From NCBI GenBank assembly GCA_002269645.1, contig NIVC01001505.1, forward strand, positions 124,001 through 188,000: DNA of 64,000 nucleotides, in the 5' to 3' direction. The DNA comes from Macrostomum lignano (taxonomy: Eukaryota). Both the position numbers and the translations under genes were made by a program. Below, piece after piece: positions 51,871 through 62,947 of this stretch. How positions within the stretch are numbered: position 1 is the stretch's first letter; each line of letters begins with the position of its first letter. Below the pieces are notes generated by a model, which saw nothing but the letters and a program-made list of their open reading frames with translations, was not told the origin of the DNA and did no database searches.

Positions 51871-51925
51871 ACGGCTACTCGTGCATTCAATTTCAGCAGT
51901 TATTTGTTCAAAGCTTTGATTAAAA

Positions 51926-54900
51926 ATGTCGTTACCAGTAACATTGCATCGGCAACTACCTACAGTAAAGAAACTACTGCTACAAACTCAGCCTTGGAGA
52001 CCAGGTAGTAGCGCTGTGGCTTCCTTAGCAACCAACAAAGAGCAGCGTCAGCATCGCTTGTCAGTCTTCTTAGCCGAGCAAGAGCGTCAGAGAAGTGCCA
52101 AGACTGCGACAACTGAGGCTGCTATTGAAGTATCCACGGCTGAAAAGTTGTCAAAGTCGGTCTCTTTGAAGTTGAACGCCGCGTCAACGCCTTTGGATGT
52201 TGCCAAGCAGTTGGATGAGGCTGCTCAGGATGGAGGCGGTGGTAACTTAGTGCGCGACTCGGCCCTGGCAGTTGTTGACGAGCAGTACTATTGGAGTATG
52301 CGCAGGCCGCTGAAAAAGTCCTGCCTTCTGAGATTTATTCCACTGATGAGGGGCAGCCCAGCTAGTCGGCAAGAGGCTGTTGGTGGGTTCATGAGCAGTG
52401 TGTTTAATAATAACATACATTAGTCCGCTGACCTCTGAGCAGACGGCATCGTTGAATTCAGCCCTTTGAAAATGTTACCGTGACAAGAATCGCTAGAGTC
52501 ATTGCAAATAACCCACTGGTGAATCTATAGTGACTCTTGTGACTTTTTAACGACTCAAGCAATTGTAATGCGGCGTAGAGACGACTGTTAAGTCAAGAGT
52601 GCATCGCGTGATTTGTAGAATCGTAAAAGACTCACGAAAAAGTCGTCCAAGAGTCTTGTTAGTGCTTAAACTTTCTACTAACTCGAGTAGACTAAATAGA
52701 GTTGTCATAAATGTAAATGCGATTGAAATTCATTAAGTTACACAGATGCACTTTAGACACGCCTTATGTACAACTCTCTGATGCCACTGGGTCGTTTCAG
52801 AGTCACAGACGATAAAATGCGTCAAATTGACTTTTAGGCAACTTATTGGTGACATCTGACGTGACATCTCGTTGTTTTAGAGACGTCTAAAAACGTTTTA
52901 GAGTCACTTCTCCTTTTTACCGGTTACCTGCAACGACTCTGGTACGCTTCTTGGCCTAGGTACCGGTAATATAGGGGCCGCAGAGAGTAAAGCAGCGCGG
53001 TTGGTAGGCATAGCCACTTGGGCAAAATTAAGCCGAGCTGCAGTCGTTTAGCACTTGTGCACCCTGATATCCTGGCATCCTCCCTTTCTAAACCGAACAG
53101 ACATGAAAGCGGGTAACAACGCCCTGTGGCGCTCCGGAGCAATGCTACTCGGCTCCGTGTTCGAGACCGCATTCAAGGAGGAGTACAGAGTGCAACTCGT
53201 TAGCAGTCCGCCACCTCACTTCTCAACTGGAAGCTTTGTGTACGACTGTCGGGTTAGTACACCTTGAGCATGTCCGTATTCGATGGTGGGACACTTTGAG
53301 CATGCCAATATTCGATGATGTGACACTTTGAGCATGTCAATATTCGATGATGTGACACTTTGAGCATGCCAATATTCGATTATGTGACACTTTGAGCATG
53401 CCAATATTCGATTATGTGACACTTTGAGCATGCCAATATTCGATTATGTGACACTTTAAGCATGCCAATATTCGATTATGTGACACTTTGAGCATGCCAA
53501 TATTCGATTATGTGACACTTTGAGCATGTCAATATTCGATGATGTGACTGACACTTTGAGCATGTCAATATTCGATGATGTGACACTTTAAGCATGTCAA
53601 TATTCGATGATGTGACACTTTAAGCATGTCAATATTCGATGGTGTGACACTTTGAGCATCTCAATATTCCATGGTGTGACACTTTGAGCATTTCAGTATT
53701 CGATGATGTGACACTTTGAGCATGTCAGTATTCGATAATGTGACACTTTGAGCATGTCAGTATTCGATGATGTGACACTTTGAGCATGTCAGTATTCGAT
53801 GGTGTGACACTTTGAGCATGTCAATATTCGATGATGTGACACTTTGAGCATGTCAATATTCGATGATGTGACACTTTGAGCATGCCAATATTCGATGATG
53901 TGACACTTTGAGCATGCCAATATTCGATGATGTGACACTTTGAGCATGCCAATATTCGATGATGTGACACTTTGAGCATGTCAATATTCGATGATGTGAC
54001 TGACACTTTGAGCATGTCAATATTCGATGGTGTGACACTTTGAGCATCTCAATATTCCATGGTGTGACACTTTGAGCATTTCAGTATTCGATGATGTGAC
54101 ACTTTGAGCATGTCATTATTCGATAATGTGACACTTTGAGCATGCCAATATTCGATGATGTGACACTTTGAGCATGTCAATATTCGATGATGTGACTGAC
54201 ACTTTGAGCATGTCAATATTCGATAATGTGACACTTTGAGCATGTCAGTATTCGATGATGTGACACTTTGAGCATGTCAATATTCCATGGTGTGACACTT
54301 TGAGCATGTCAATATTCGATGATGTGACACTTTGGACATGTCAATATTCGATGATGTGACACTTTGAGCATGTCAGTATTCGATGATGTGACACTTTGAG
54401 CATGTCAATATTCAGTGATGTGACACTTTGAGCATGTCAATATTCGATGATGTGACACTTTGAGCATGTCAGTATTCGATGATGTGACACTTTGAGCATG
54501 TCAGTATTCGATGGTGTGACACTTTGAGGATGTCAGTATTCGATGGTGTGACACTTTGAGGATGTCAGTATTCGATGATGTGACACTTTGAGCATGTCAG
54601 TATTCGATGATGTGACACTTTGAGCATGTCAATATTCAGTGATGTGACACTTTGAGCATGTCAATATTCGATAATGTGACACTTTTAGCATGTCAGTATT
54701 CGATGATGTGACACTTTGAGCATGTCAATATTCGATGATGTGACTGACACTTTGAGCATGTCAATATTCGATGATGTGACACTTTGAGCATGCCAATATT
54801 CGATGATGTGACACTTTGAGCATGTCAATATTCCATGGTGTGACACTTTGAGCATGTCAATATTCGATGATGTGACACTTTGGACATGTCAGTATTCGAT

Positions 54901-56935
54901 GATGTGACACTTTGAGCATGTCAGTATTCGATGATGTGACACTTTGAGCATGTCAATATTCAGTGATGTGACACTTTGAGCATGTCAATATTCGATGATG
55001 TGACACTTTGAGCATGTCAGTATTCGATGGTGTGACACTTTGAGGATGTCAGTATTCGATGGTGTGACACTTTGAGGATGTCAGTATTCGATGATGTGAC
55101 ACTTTGAGCATGTCAGTATTCGATGATGTGACACTTTGAGCATGTCAATATTCAGTGATGTGACACTTTGAGCATGTCAATATTCGATGATGTGACACTT
55201 TTAGCATGTCAGTATTCGATGGTGTGACACTGAGCATGTCAGTATTCGATGGTGTGACACTTTGAGGATGTCAGTATTCGATGGTGTGACACTTTGAGGA
55301 TGTCAGTATTCGATGGTGTGACACTTTGAGGATGTCAGTATTCGATGGTGTGACACTTTGAGGATGTCAGTATTCGATGGTGTGACACTTTGAGCATGTC
55401 AGTATTCGATGATGTGACACTTTTAGCATGTCAATATTCAATATGTGACACTTTGAGCATGTCAATATTCAGTGATGTGACACTTTGAGCATGTCAATAT
55501 TCAGTGATGTGACACTTTGAGCATGTCAGTATTCAATGATGTGACACTTTGAGCATGTCAGTATTCGATTGTGTGACACTTTGAGCATGTCAGTATTCGA
55601 TGATGTGACACTTTGAGCATCTCAAACAAGGGATTAACTATGTAACAACCCCTACCCGGCCTGCTCAGGTAACAAAGGACCAAGCCCTGCAGCACAGCGT
55701 ACTGCAGCTCACTGGCGGTCACTGCCTCTCCGCCTGGGCGCCGAGTCGCGCCGAACTGCGCGCCCTGAGCCGCGCCGCCCTGCCGCTGCTGTCAGCGGAT
55801 GCGCCGTTCGAATGGCTGGAGCTGCCGCTGCCTGTCGCCCTTGACATGTTCAAGCACAATCCGTTCAAGCTGGCCGCCGCCAAGAGGGCCGCCAGCGCTT
55901 CCGCTGGTGGGTTTTTAAATTCTCTGCTGTTGTGCGATATGGGAGACTTTCCATCGATTGGGATTTCTGAGCGATGTCCCCCAATGAACTATTTAGCCAT
56001 TTTAAGCGATCCCTCATTTATCCTTTGCTAATCTGAGCAGTTCCCCATTGAGTAATTAGCAGTTTGAGCAGTTCCCCATTGAGTAATTAGCAGTTTGAGC
56101 AGTTCCCCATTGAGTAATTAGCAGTTTGAGCAGTTCCCCATTGAGTAATTAACAGTTTGAGCAGTTCCCCATTGAGTAACTAACAGTTTGAGCAGTTCCC
56201 CATTGAGTAATTAACAGTTTGAGCAATTCCCCATTGAGTAATTATCAGTTTAAGCAGTTCCCCATTGAGTAATTAGCAGTTTGAGCAGTTCCCCATTGAG
56301 TAATTAACAGTTTGAGCAGTTCCCCATTGAGTAATTAACAGTTTGAGCAATTCCCCATTGAGTAATTATCAGTTTAAGCAGTTCCCCATTGAGTAATTAG
56401 CAGTTTGAGCAGTTCCCCATTGAGTAATTAACAGTTTGAGCAGTTCCCCATTGAGTAATTATCAGTTTGAGCAATTCCCCATTGAGTAATTAGCAGTTTG
56501 AGCAGTTCCCCATTGAGTAATTATCAGTTTGAGTAATTTGCATGCATGCTCCATCCAAACTCTTGTCTTTCTGCAGCTGCCGCTCACTCGGTCAGCGGAC
56601 CCCAGCGTCAGCAGCAGCCAGCAGCCTCAGTCGCGGTGTACAAAGTCGGCGACTTCGTAGACCTGCTTGGCCAAGGACCCCTTCTGAGTCGCACTGGCCA
56701 GATCGCCAGCCTGCTGTTCGCGGCTGTGCACCGGATTGAGTCTGCAGATTATGGCAGCCTTGCTCGGGTGCAGGGCATCGCCACTGCCGCCGGCATGTCG
56801 CCAGCTGAGGTGGCCGACTGGGCTGATGCCGCTTTGGAGAAGGCGTCCGAGCTCAACTCCACCTTCCCGCCGTCTGAGCAGCCGCAGATTGGGGCAGCGG
56901 CTTCGAAACCTGCTGCTGCTGCTGCTGCGCGTTGA
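51926..56935 (+). CDS. MRPL39: Mitochondrial ribosomal protein mL39 (ThrRS TGS/editing-domain-like), ~401 aa
   Basis: Exons 51926-52382, 53101-53252, 55669-55906, 56577-56935; 1206 nt in frame. Motifs STPLDVAKQL, YWSMRRPLKKSC.LRF, ALWRSGAMLLGSVFETAFKEEYRVQLV, GSFVYD, PFEWLEL..VALDMFKHNPFK, VYKVGDFVDL..GPL match MRPL39 as I recall it. Confidence 0.88.
53270..55620. repeat. ~32-bp minisatellite (gatgtgacactttgagcatgtcaatattcgat)n, ~2.3 kb, MRPL39 intron 2
   Basis: Direct tandem repetition filling almost the entire intron. Confidence 0.97.
56030..56535. repeat. 31-bp minisatellite (ttgagcagttccccattgagtaattagcagt)n, MRPL39 intron 3
   Basis: Direct tandem repetition. Confidence 0.95.
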
Positions 56936-56939
56936 AATG

Positions 56940-57970
56940 ACTAGTGTGAGATTTCCAGTGTTCTAGTGTGAGATTTCCAGTGTTCTAGTGTGAGATTTCC
57001 AGTGTTCTAGTGTGAGATTTCCAGTATTCTAGTGTGGGATTTCCAGTGTTCTAGTGTGAGATTTCCAGTGTTCTAGTGTGAGATTTCCAGTGTTCTAGTG
57101 TGAGATATCGTGTGTTCTAGTGTGAGATTTCCAGTGTTCTAGTGTGAGATTTCCAGTGTTCTAGTGTGAGATTTGTGTGTTCTAGTGTGAGATTTCCAGT
57201 GTTCTAGTGTGAGATTTCGTGTGTTCTAGTGTGAGATTTCGTGTGTTCTAGTGTGAGATTTCGTGTGTTCTAGTGTGAGATTTCCAGTGTTCTAGTGTGA
57301 GATTTGTGTGTTCTAGTGTGAGATTTCCAGTGTTCTAGTGTGAGATTTCGTGTGTTCTAGTGTGAGATTTCCAGTGTTCTAGTGTGAGATTTCCAGTGTT
57401 CTAGTGTGAGATTTCCAGTATTCTAGTGTGGGATTTCCAGTGTTCTAGTGTGAGATTTCCAGTGTTCTAGTGTGAGATTTCCAGTGTTCTAGTGTGAGAT
57501 ATCGTGTGTTCTAGTGTGAGATTTCCAGTGTTCTAGTGTGAGATTTCCAGTGTTCTAGTGTGAGATTTGTGTGTTCTAGTGTGAGATTTCGCGTGTTCTA
57601 GTGTGAGATTTCGTGTGTTCTAGTGTGAGATTTCGCGTGTTCTAGTGTGAGATTTCGTGTGTTCTAGTGTGAGATTTCGTGTGTTCTAGTGTGAGATTTC
57701 GTGTGTTCTAGTGTGAGATTTCGTGTGTTCTAGTGTGAGATTTCGTGTGTTCTAGTGTGAGATTTCGTGTGTTCTAGTGTGAGATTTCGTGTGTTCTAGT
57801 GTGAGATTTCATATGTGTTCTAGTGTGAGATTTTGTGTGTTCTAGTGTGAGATTTCGTGTGTTCTATTGTGAGATTTCATATGTGTTCTAGTGTGAGATT
57901 TTGTGTGTTCTAGTGTGAGATTTCGTGTGTTCTAGTGTGAGATTTCATATGTGTTCTAGTGTGAGATTTC
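56940..57970. repeat. 22-bp minisatellite (ctagtgtgagatttccagtgtt)n immediately after the MRPL39 stop
   Basis: Direct tandem repetition. Confidence 0.96.
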
Positions 57971-59384
57971 TAGTAATAGATCTAATCTGTAATTCAAGCT
58001 AAGCAACTACAAATCTTTGTGCATTTTTGATATTTAGTGTGCACCAGTTTTCATTATTAATGCTAAATGCGTGTTTTGTTTGAAAATAAATAAATAATTA
58101 TTCACGAAAACGTCAGCCAATCGGTTTCTGACAAATTCTCAGAAAAAAAACTGACAAAAGCAACGGCACTGGATGGTCCTTAGGGTGCTTCTTCAAATTC
58201 CAAACTGACAGCTGTTACAGTCTGCACTTGACTAAAAATGAGGCTCTGGCCATATTTTCACAGTGCGCTCTGTTCCAGAACTTTTTAAGGCAAACATTTC
58301 TGTTCTACTGCTGTCCATGAACAGTATTGTTTGAGAAAACACGGACAATAGAGAGCACTGTTGAAATAATTTCGTTCATTAATCAGAATCCTCATGATTT
58401 TTGATATTCAGCTAACGCTTTTCTTGTTCAAAGTTCTCATAAATTTGTCTACACAAGTTAGTTGCGTCTCTGACGAACGAACTAAGACTTGATTATGGCG
58501 GGCTGCTCGTACACAGTCATAAAGTAAGAACCACCGCAGATCTGCTTTTGATTGCCAGGACACTTGTAATCACATAATATTGTGAACTGACTTTACGTCC
58601 AATTGCTTCCTGATCTTTGCAGTGGCATTCTGTTCGATCTAACCCAAAAGTAGCGAGTAGTAGTGACACTGCAGTCCTTCTGGCATCAGAAAGCGAACTG
58701 CTCATGGTCGGTGTACCCAAGGATGAAGCAGTGCACAATATTTATATCATTTGTGTGTTGAGGTTGATGGCACAGGTGGTGCGCAGAGTCTACTCAGACT
58801 CAGATGCTCAGATTAACTCAAAAGATCGAGAGCAGCCTGACGCTCCAGTGCAGCCTGGCCCGTCGTTTGCCTGTCGGACTTGTGGAATTCAAGAGCATCT
58901 TGAGTGAGCTGCGTTATTTCTAAGAGGGTTGGAGGTTCGTACTCTATTGTCTTCTTAGGGACGGGTCGAGATCTTCCGTACAGAGTTAGAAGTGGATCCG
59001 GCCAGAGGACTGCTGAAGGTGCCTTGAGCTCTCGTGCTCTGACGCTCATTGGGTTAATTTAGGAGTGAGTAAGATCGGTTTCTGTCATTGTCCCAACATC
59101 AGTGCGAATTTACCGAATATTCAAAAAGTTGGAATAAAGCTTTTGCACTTTAAATACCCCGACAGAAATGAGGTGGGGTGGGGCAGGCCGGCAGCGGGGT
59201 TGGTCAATATCACAAATATTGACTGTCTTAGCGGTTCAGCAATCACTTGAAGTACATAAAGCAGACAATTAAAATTGTTTACGCTGGTACTTTATATCAT
59301 TTAGCTAGTGAAAAAAAGCAGTTGAGCGCCAATACGGTGAAATGCGCAATCACCGTCGCGGGACCCGAAAACCTGTAGCTGTAG

Positions 59385-59870
59385 CTGGCTGTAGCTTAGC
59401 TGTACCTGGCTGTAGCTTGGCTGTAGATTGTAACTTTGGCTGTAGATTGGCTGTAGCTTGTAGTTTTCGATGTAGCTTGGCTGTAGCTTGGCTGTAGCTT
59501 GGCTGTAGCTTGGCTGTAGCTTGGCTGTAGCTTGGCTTTAGCTTGGCTGTAGCTTGCTCTAGCTTGGCTGTAGCTGGCTGTAGCTTAGCTGTAGCTTGGC
59601 TGTAGTTTGCTGTAGCTTGGCTGTAGCTAGTTGTAGCTTGGCTGTAGCTTATCTGTACCTGACTGTACCTGACTGTAGCTTGGCTGTAGATTGGCTGTAG
59701 CTTGCTGTAGGATGTTGTAGCTTGGCTGTACCTGACTGTAGCTTGGCTGTACCTGACTGTAGCTTGGCTGTACCTGACTGTAGCTTGGCTGTACCTGGCT
59801 GTAGCTTGGCTGTACCTGGCTGTAGCTAGGCTGTACCTGGCTATTGCTCGGCTGTAGCTTGGCTGTACAT
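59385..59870. repeat. 10-bp minisatellite (gctgtagctt)n
   Basis: Direct tandem repetition. Confidence 0.93.
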
Positions 59871-60480
59871 TACATCACTTTTCAGTTTTCCAAGTTTATC
59901 CAACAATGAGAAGAACAGTTACGGTTTTCAACAAATACGCAATCATCGCCCAGTTGGAGGTTCAAAAATTCGTTTCCACAAAAGCTCAAAAATAAATTAG
60001 CAATTTTTCGTCTTTTAATTAATTAAAAGAATTAAACAGCTAGCAGATGTGTAGAGACAAACACCTGCAATTTTTATTCAATCTTTTTTTTCGTATTCGA
60101 TACAGGACGCTCGTAGTGTGATATGCACGGAAACAGAAATTCTATCTGAAGCCGGAAATTGTTATTAAAGACATCTTCAAGGGCAGAAGTAGAGCTGTCT
60201 TGATGTCTTGATTTTTCCTAATTTAGACATGTACACTCGTAATTTCGTTGTTAGTATATTTAAAATATTTATCTACTCAAAATTAGTGACTCAGAGTTTT
60301 GTGCAATCAATTTAATTTTTTTTAAATCTAAAATCTACATAAGCATTGTGGGACCTGCATGTACCGGCATAAGTTGAGATTACAGGCGGAGCAATGGATT
60401 TTCAGTCTGTTCTCCAAGCAATTCGTTGAATTAAAAAAATACATGAATCATGTACGATGTTTAGACAGTCAAGTGTGGAG

Positions 60481-61110
60481 TCAGCACTGCTCAGCGTGAG
60501 CAGCCAGCCGACCGCTCATCAGCCTCACGAAGTTGATGCGGAACCGATCGCCCCACGAGTTCTCCAGCATCAGCAGCGGCAGCTGCAGGGACGACTCGTC
60601 GCCTCCCTTGACGGTTGACGCCGGCAGCTCGACAACTCCGAGGACGTCGACTCGAGTCACCCTCGGGTCCGACACGACGTCGCCGAGCGGACGGCCGGAC
60701 GACGGCTCGACGGAGTCGTCGCGGAGCACCGGCTTCCAGCAGTCGAAAGTCAAGTCTCCGTCAGCGGCTCCGAGAACGATCCAGCCGACCGGACCGAGGG
60801 CCAGTCCGCCTGCTGTGGCAGCCCCGGCTGCGCCAGCTGCACTCGAGGACACGCCGGCAGCGCCAGCGCCTCCCACAGCGGCCCCTACGGCCGCTCCTTC
60901 AAGAGTTCCAGCAGCGGCAGCGCCTGTCAGCGCACCGCTCGCAATGCCAGCAGCCGTGCTTCCTGCGGTGGAAGCTGCAGCTGACGCCCCTGCAACTGAC
61001 GCACCTGCTCCGATTCCTCCGCTAGCAGTGGCCGCACCGGCTCCAGCTGCCGCAGCGGCGCCACCTGTGGCAACGATGGCTCCGACAGCAACGGCAGTGG
61101 CAGCCACCAT
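60481..61110 (-). CDS. Uncharacterised Gly/Ala-rich hydrophobic protein with FDCWKP domain, copy A (209 aa from this Met)
   Basis: Intact GC-rich ORF; three paralogs nearby share GP.GW...FDCWKP..RD.S.EPS.GR.L.D...DPR...N.WG..F....L...R.AAHAE. Splice acceptor at 61127-61129 suggests a further N-terminal exon. Confidence 0.75.
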   Translation of the reverse strand: MVAATAVAVGAIVATGGAAAAAGAGAATASGGIGAGASVAGASAAASTAGSTAAGIASGALTGAAAAGTLEGAAVGAAVGGAGAAGVSSSAAGAAGAATAGGLALGPVGWIVLGAADGDLTFDCWKPVLRDDSVEPSSGRPLGDVVSDPRVTRVDVLGVVELPASTVKGGDESSLQLPLLMLENSWGDRFRINFVRLMSGRLAAHAEQC

Positions 61111-61332
61111 GGTTAAACCCGCTTGGCTGCAATTGTAGAAGATTAAACCTACTTATATCTCAGGTTAGATCCAGAACTGATGCCTAACTGAAAATCCAAT
61201 ACAATGGGCCTGGTTGAGTAATAAAAATGAGCCAACAAAGACAGCCCAATTAAAGTATTAAGTCGATGTATAATTTAAATTGAAGCGGACCAAACCGTCC
61301 CACAGCAAAATGGCTCAGCAAGTGTCTGAAAG

Positions 61333-61899
61333 TCACTCCAGCAACGGCTCGGCGTGCGCCGCCACCCGACTGCCAGGCAGCTCGATGAGTCGCAGGCCGA
61401 ACGCCTCGCCCCAGACGTTGCGCAGGCGGATCTGCGGCGACGCTCCGACAGCCCTGACGGCCACCTCGGCGATCCTCGGGTCGGCGGCGAGGTCCCGCAG
61501 CAGCCGGCCGGCTGACGGCTCGGCCGAGAGGTCGCGCACCAGCGGCTTCCAACAGTCGAAGCTGACTGAACCTGCGGCGGCTGCGGCGGTGTCGGTCGAG
61601 CAGCCGACCAGCAACCAACCGAGCGGGCCCGACATCAGCGCCGGCGATGCCACCGCCCAGGAGGCCGGCAGCGACGCCGCGCCGCCCGCCACCGCCGACG
61701 AGACGTCGCCTCCGATGGCCGCTCCGAGGATGGCCGCAGCCGAGGCGGCCCCGGCCGCTGCGCCGGCGGCTCCGGCGGCTCCCGAGCCGGCCAGCTGCGC
61801 CCCGGCGCCCAGACCGGCGCCCGTCGCCAGTCCCACCAGGGCCGCGCTGGCCGCTCCCGAGGTGAGCCAGGCTCCGCTGAGTGCTCCGATGATCAGCAT
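61333..61899 (-). CDS. Uncharacterised Gly/Ala-rich hydrophobic protein with FDCWKP domain, copy B (188 aa from this Met)
   Basis: Intact ORF, diverged from A but keeping GPLGWLLVG, SFDCWKPLVRD, EPSAGRLLRD, DPRI, NVWGEAF, AAHAE. Branch point and acceptor (ctgacctgcag) just upstream. Confidence 0.72.
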   Translation of the reverse strand: MLIIGALSGAWLTSGAASAALVGLATGAGLGAGAQLAGSGAAGAAGAAAGAASAAAILGAAIGGDVSSAVAGGAASLPASWAVASPALMSGPLGWLLVGCSTDTAAAAAGSVSFDCWKPLVRDLSAEPSAGRLLRDLAADPRIAEVAVRAVGASPQIRLRNVWGEAFGLRLIELPGSRVAAHAEPLLE

Positions 61900-62266
61900 G
61901 CTGCTGCAGGTCAGTTTGTGCTCTGCTTGCTTCTTGATTCTTTATGGGCTGAGAAGTCTTGCAAAATTGTCCGTCCGGCAGCCTCGTATTTATGCTGTCT
62001 CTGGTTCCTTGTAAGTCCAAAACAGGTCAATAAAAGCCCTCAATGGGCTCCCATTGTGCTTTTGTTGCAAAACGAAAAATGGAAAATGAAAATTGCTGCT
62101 TAGCTTGTACTTCGCAGAGCAACAGGTACAACCGTGTTATTCTGGCAATTGTTCTTATTGTTAGATAATCGAAAATTGAAAACTGAAAAATGGTGCACAA
62201 TGTAGTAGCCTAGTGAGTTGAAGAGTTTTTCCGCCAGGTTTCACAACTTACAAAAAGGCAGTGGCG

Positions 62267-62947
62267 ATGCTGAATGACCTACAAGGAACAACTGGCAGCA
62301 GCAGCAGCATAAATAGGGCAGAGTGAGTTGAAAATTTCTTTCAAGACAGCTTCAGAGCTTCCAGAAAAGGATTTAAAGTTCTTCAGCCAAGCTACAGCCA
62401 TGGTTCTCGGCACTGCTGCTGCCATCGGAGCGGTTGTCGCCACGGGTGGCGCCGCGGCCCGATCGCTGGTGGAGCGGCGTCGGCCGCCTCTGGAATCGCT
62501 GGCGGCGCTGCGACTGGCGCGGCCGCTGCCGGCGCGGCTGAGGGAGCGGCCATCGGGGCGGCTCTGGGAGGCGCTGGGGCTGCAGGGGCGTCTTCCACAG
62601 CGGCTGGCGCAGCCGCCACAACAGTGGCCCTCGGTCCCGTCGGCTGGATTGTTCTCGGAGCCGCTGACGGAGACTTGACTTTCGACTGCTGGAAGCCGGT
62701 GCTCCGCGACGACTCCGTCGAGCCGTCGTCCGGCCGTCCGCTCGGCGACGTCGTGTCGGACCCGAGGGTGACTCGAGTCGACGTCCTCGGAGTTGTCGAG
62801 CTGCCGGCGTCAACCTTCAAGGCAGGCGACGAGTCGTCCCTGCGGCTGCCGCTGCTGATGCTGGAGAACTCGTGGGGCGATCGGTTCCGCATCGACTTCG
62901 TGAGGCTGAGGAGCGGTCGGCTGGCTGCTCACGCTGAGCAGTGCTGA
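62267..62947 (+). pseudogene. FDCWKP-family copy C, with a frameshift in the Gly/Ala region
   Basis: Exon 62267-62322 (MLNDLQGTTGSSSSINRA), 64-nt GT-AG intron 62323-62386, then QATAMVLGTAAAIGAVVATGGAAA. The frame shifts near 62460; the C-terminal ~105 aa are near-identical to copy A. Could be an assembly indel. Confidence 0.65.

Noticed and set aside
52430-52920. Recurrent gactc/gagtc motifs in MRPL39 intron 1 as a transposon remnant
   Set aside because: No termini or TSD could be defined.
3698-57970. Many long low-complexity ORFs in the track (e.g. 9145-9906, 27650-28249, 32187-33141, 42544-43881, 51339-51890)
   Set aside because: They are translations of stop-free minisatellites inside introns or spacers of well-supported genes.
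29690-57970. Regular arrays as possible CRISPR loci
   Set aside because: Units abut directly with no unique spacers, there are no cas genes, and the context is eukaryotic intron.
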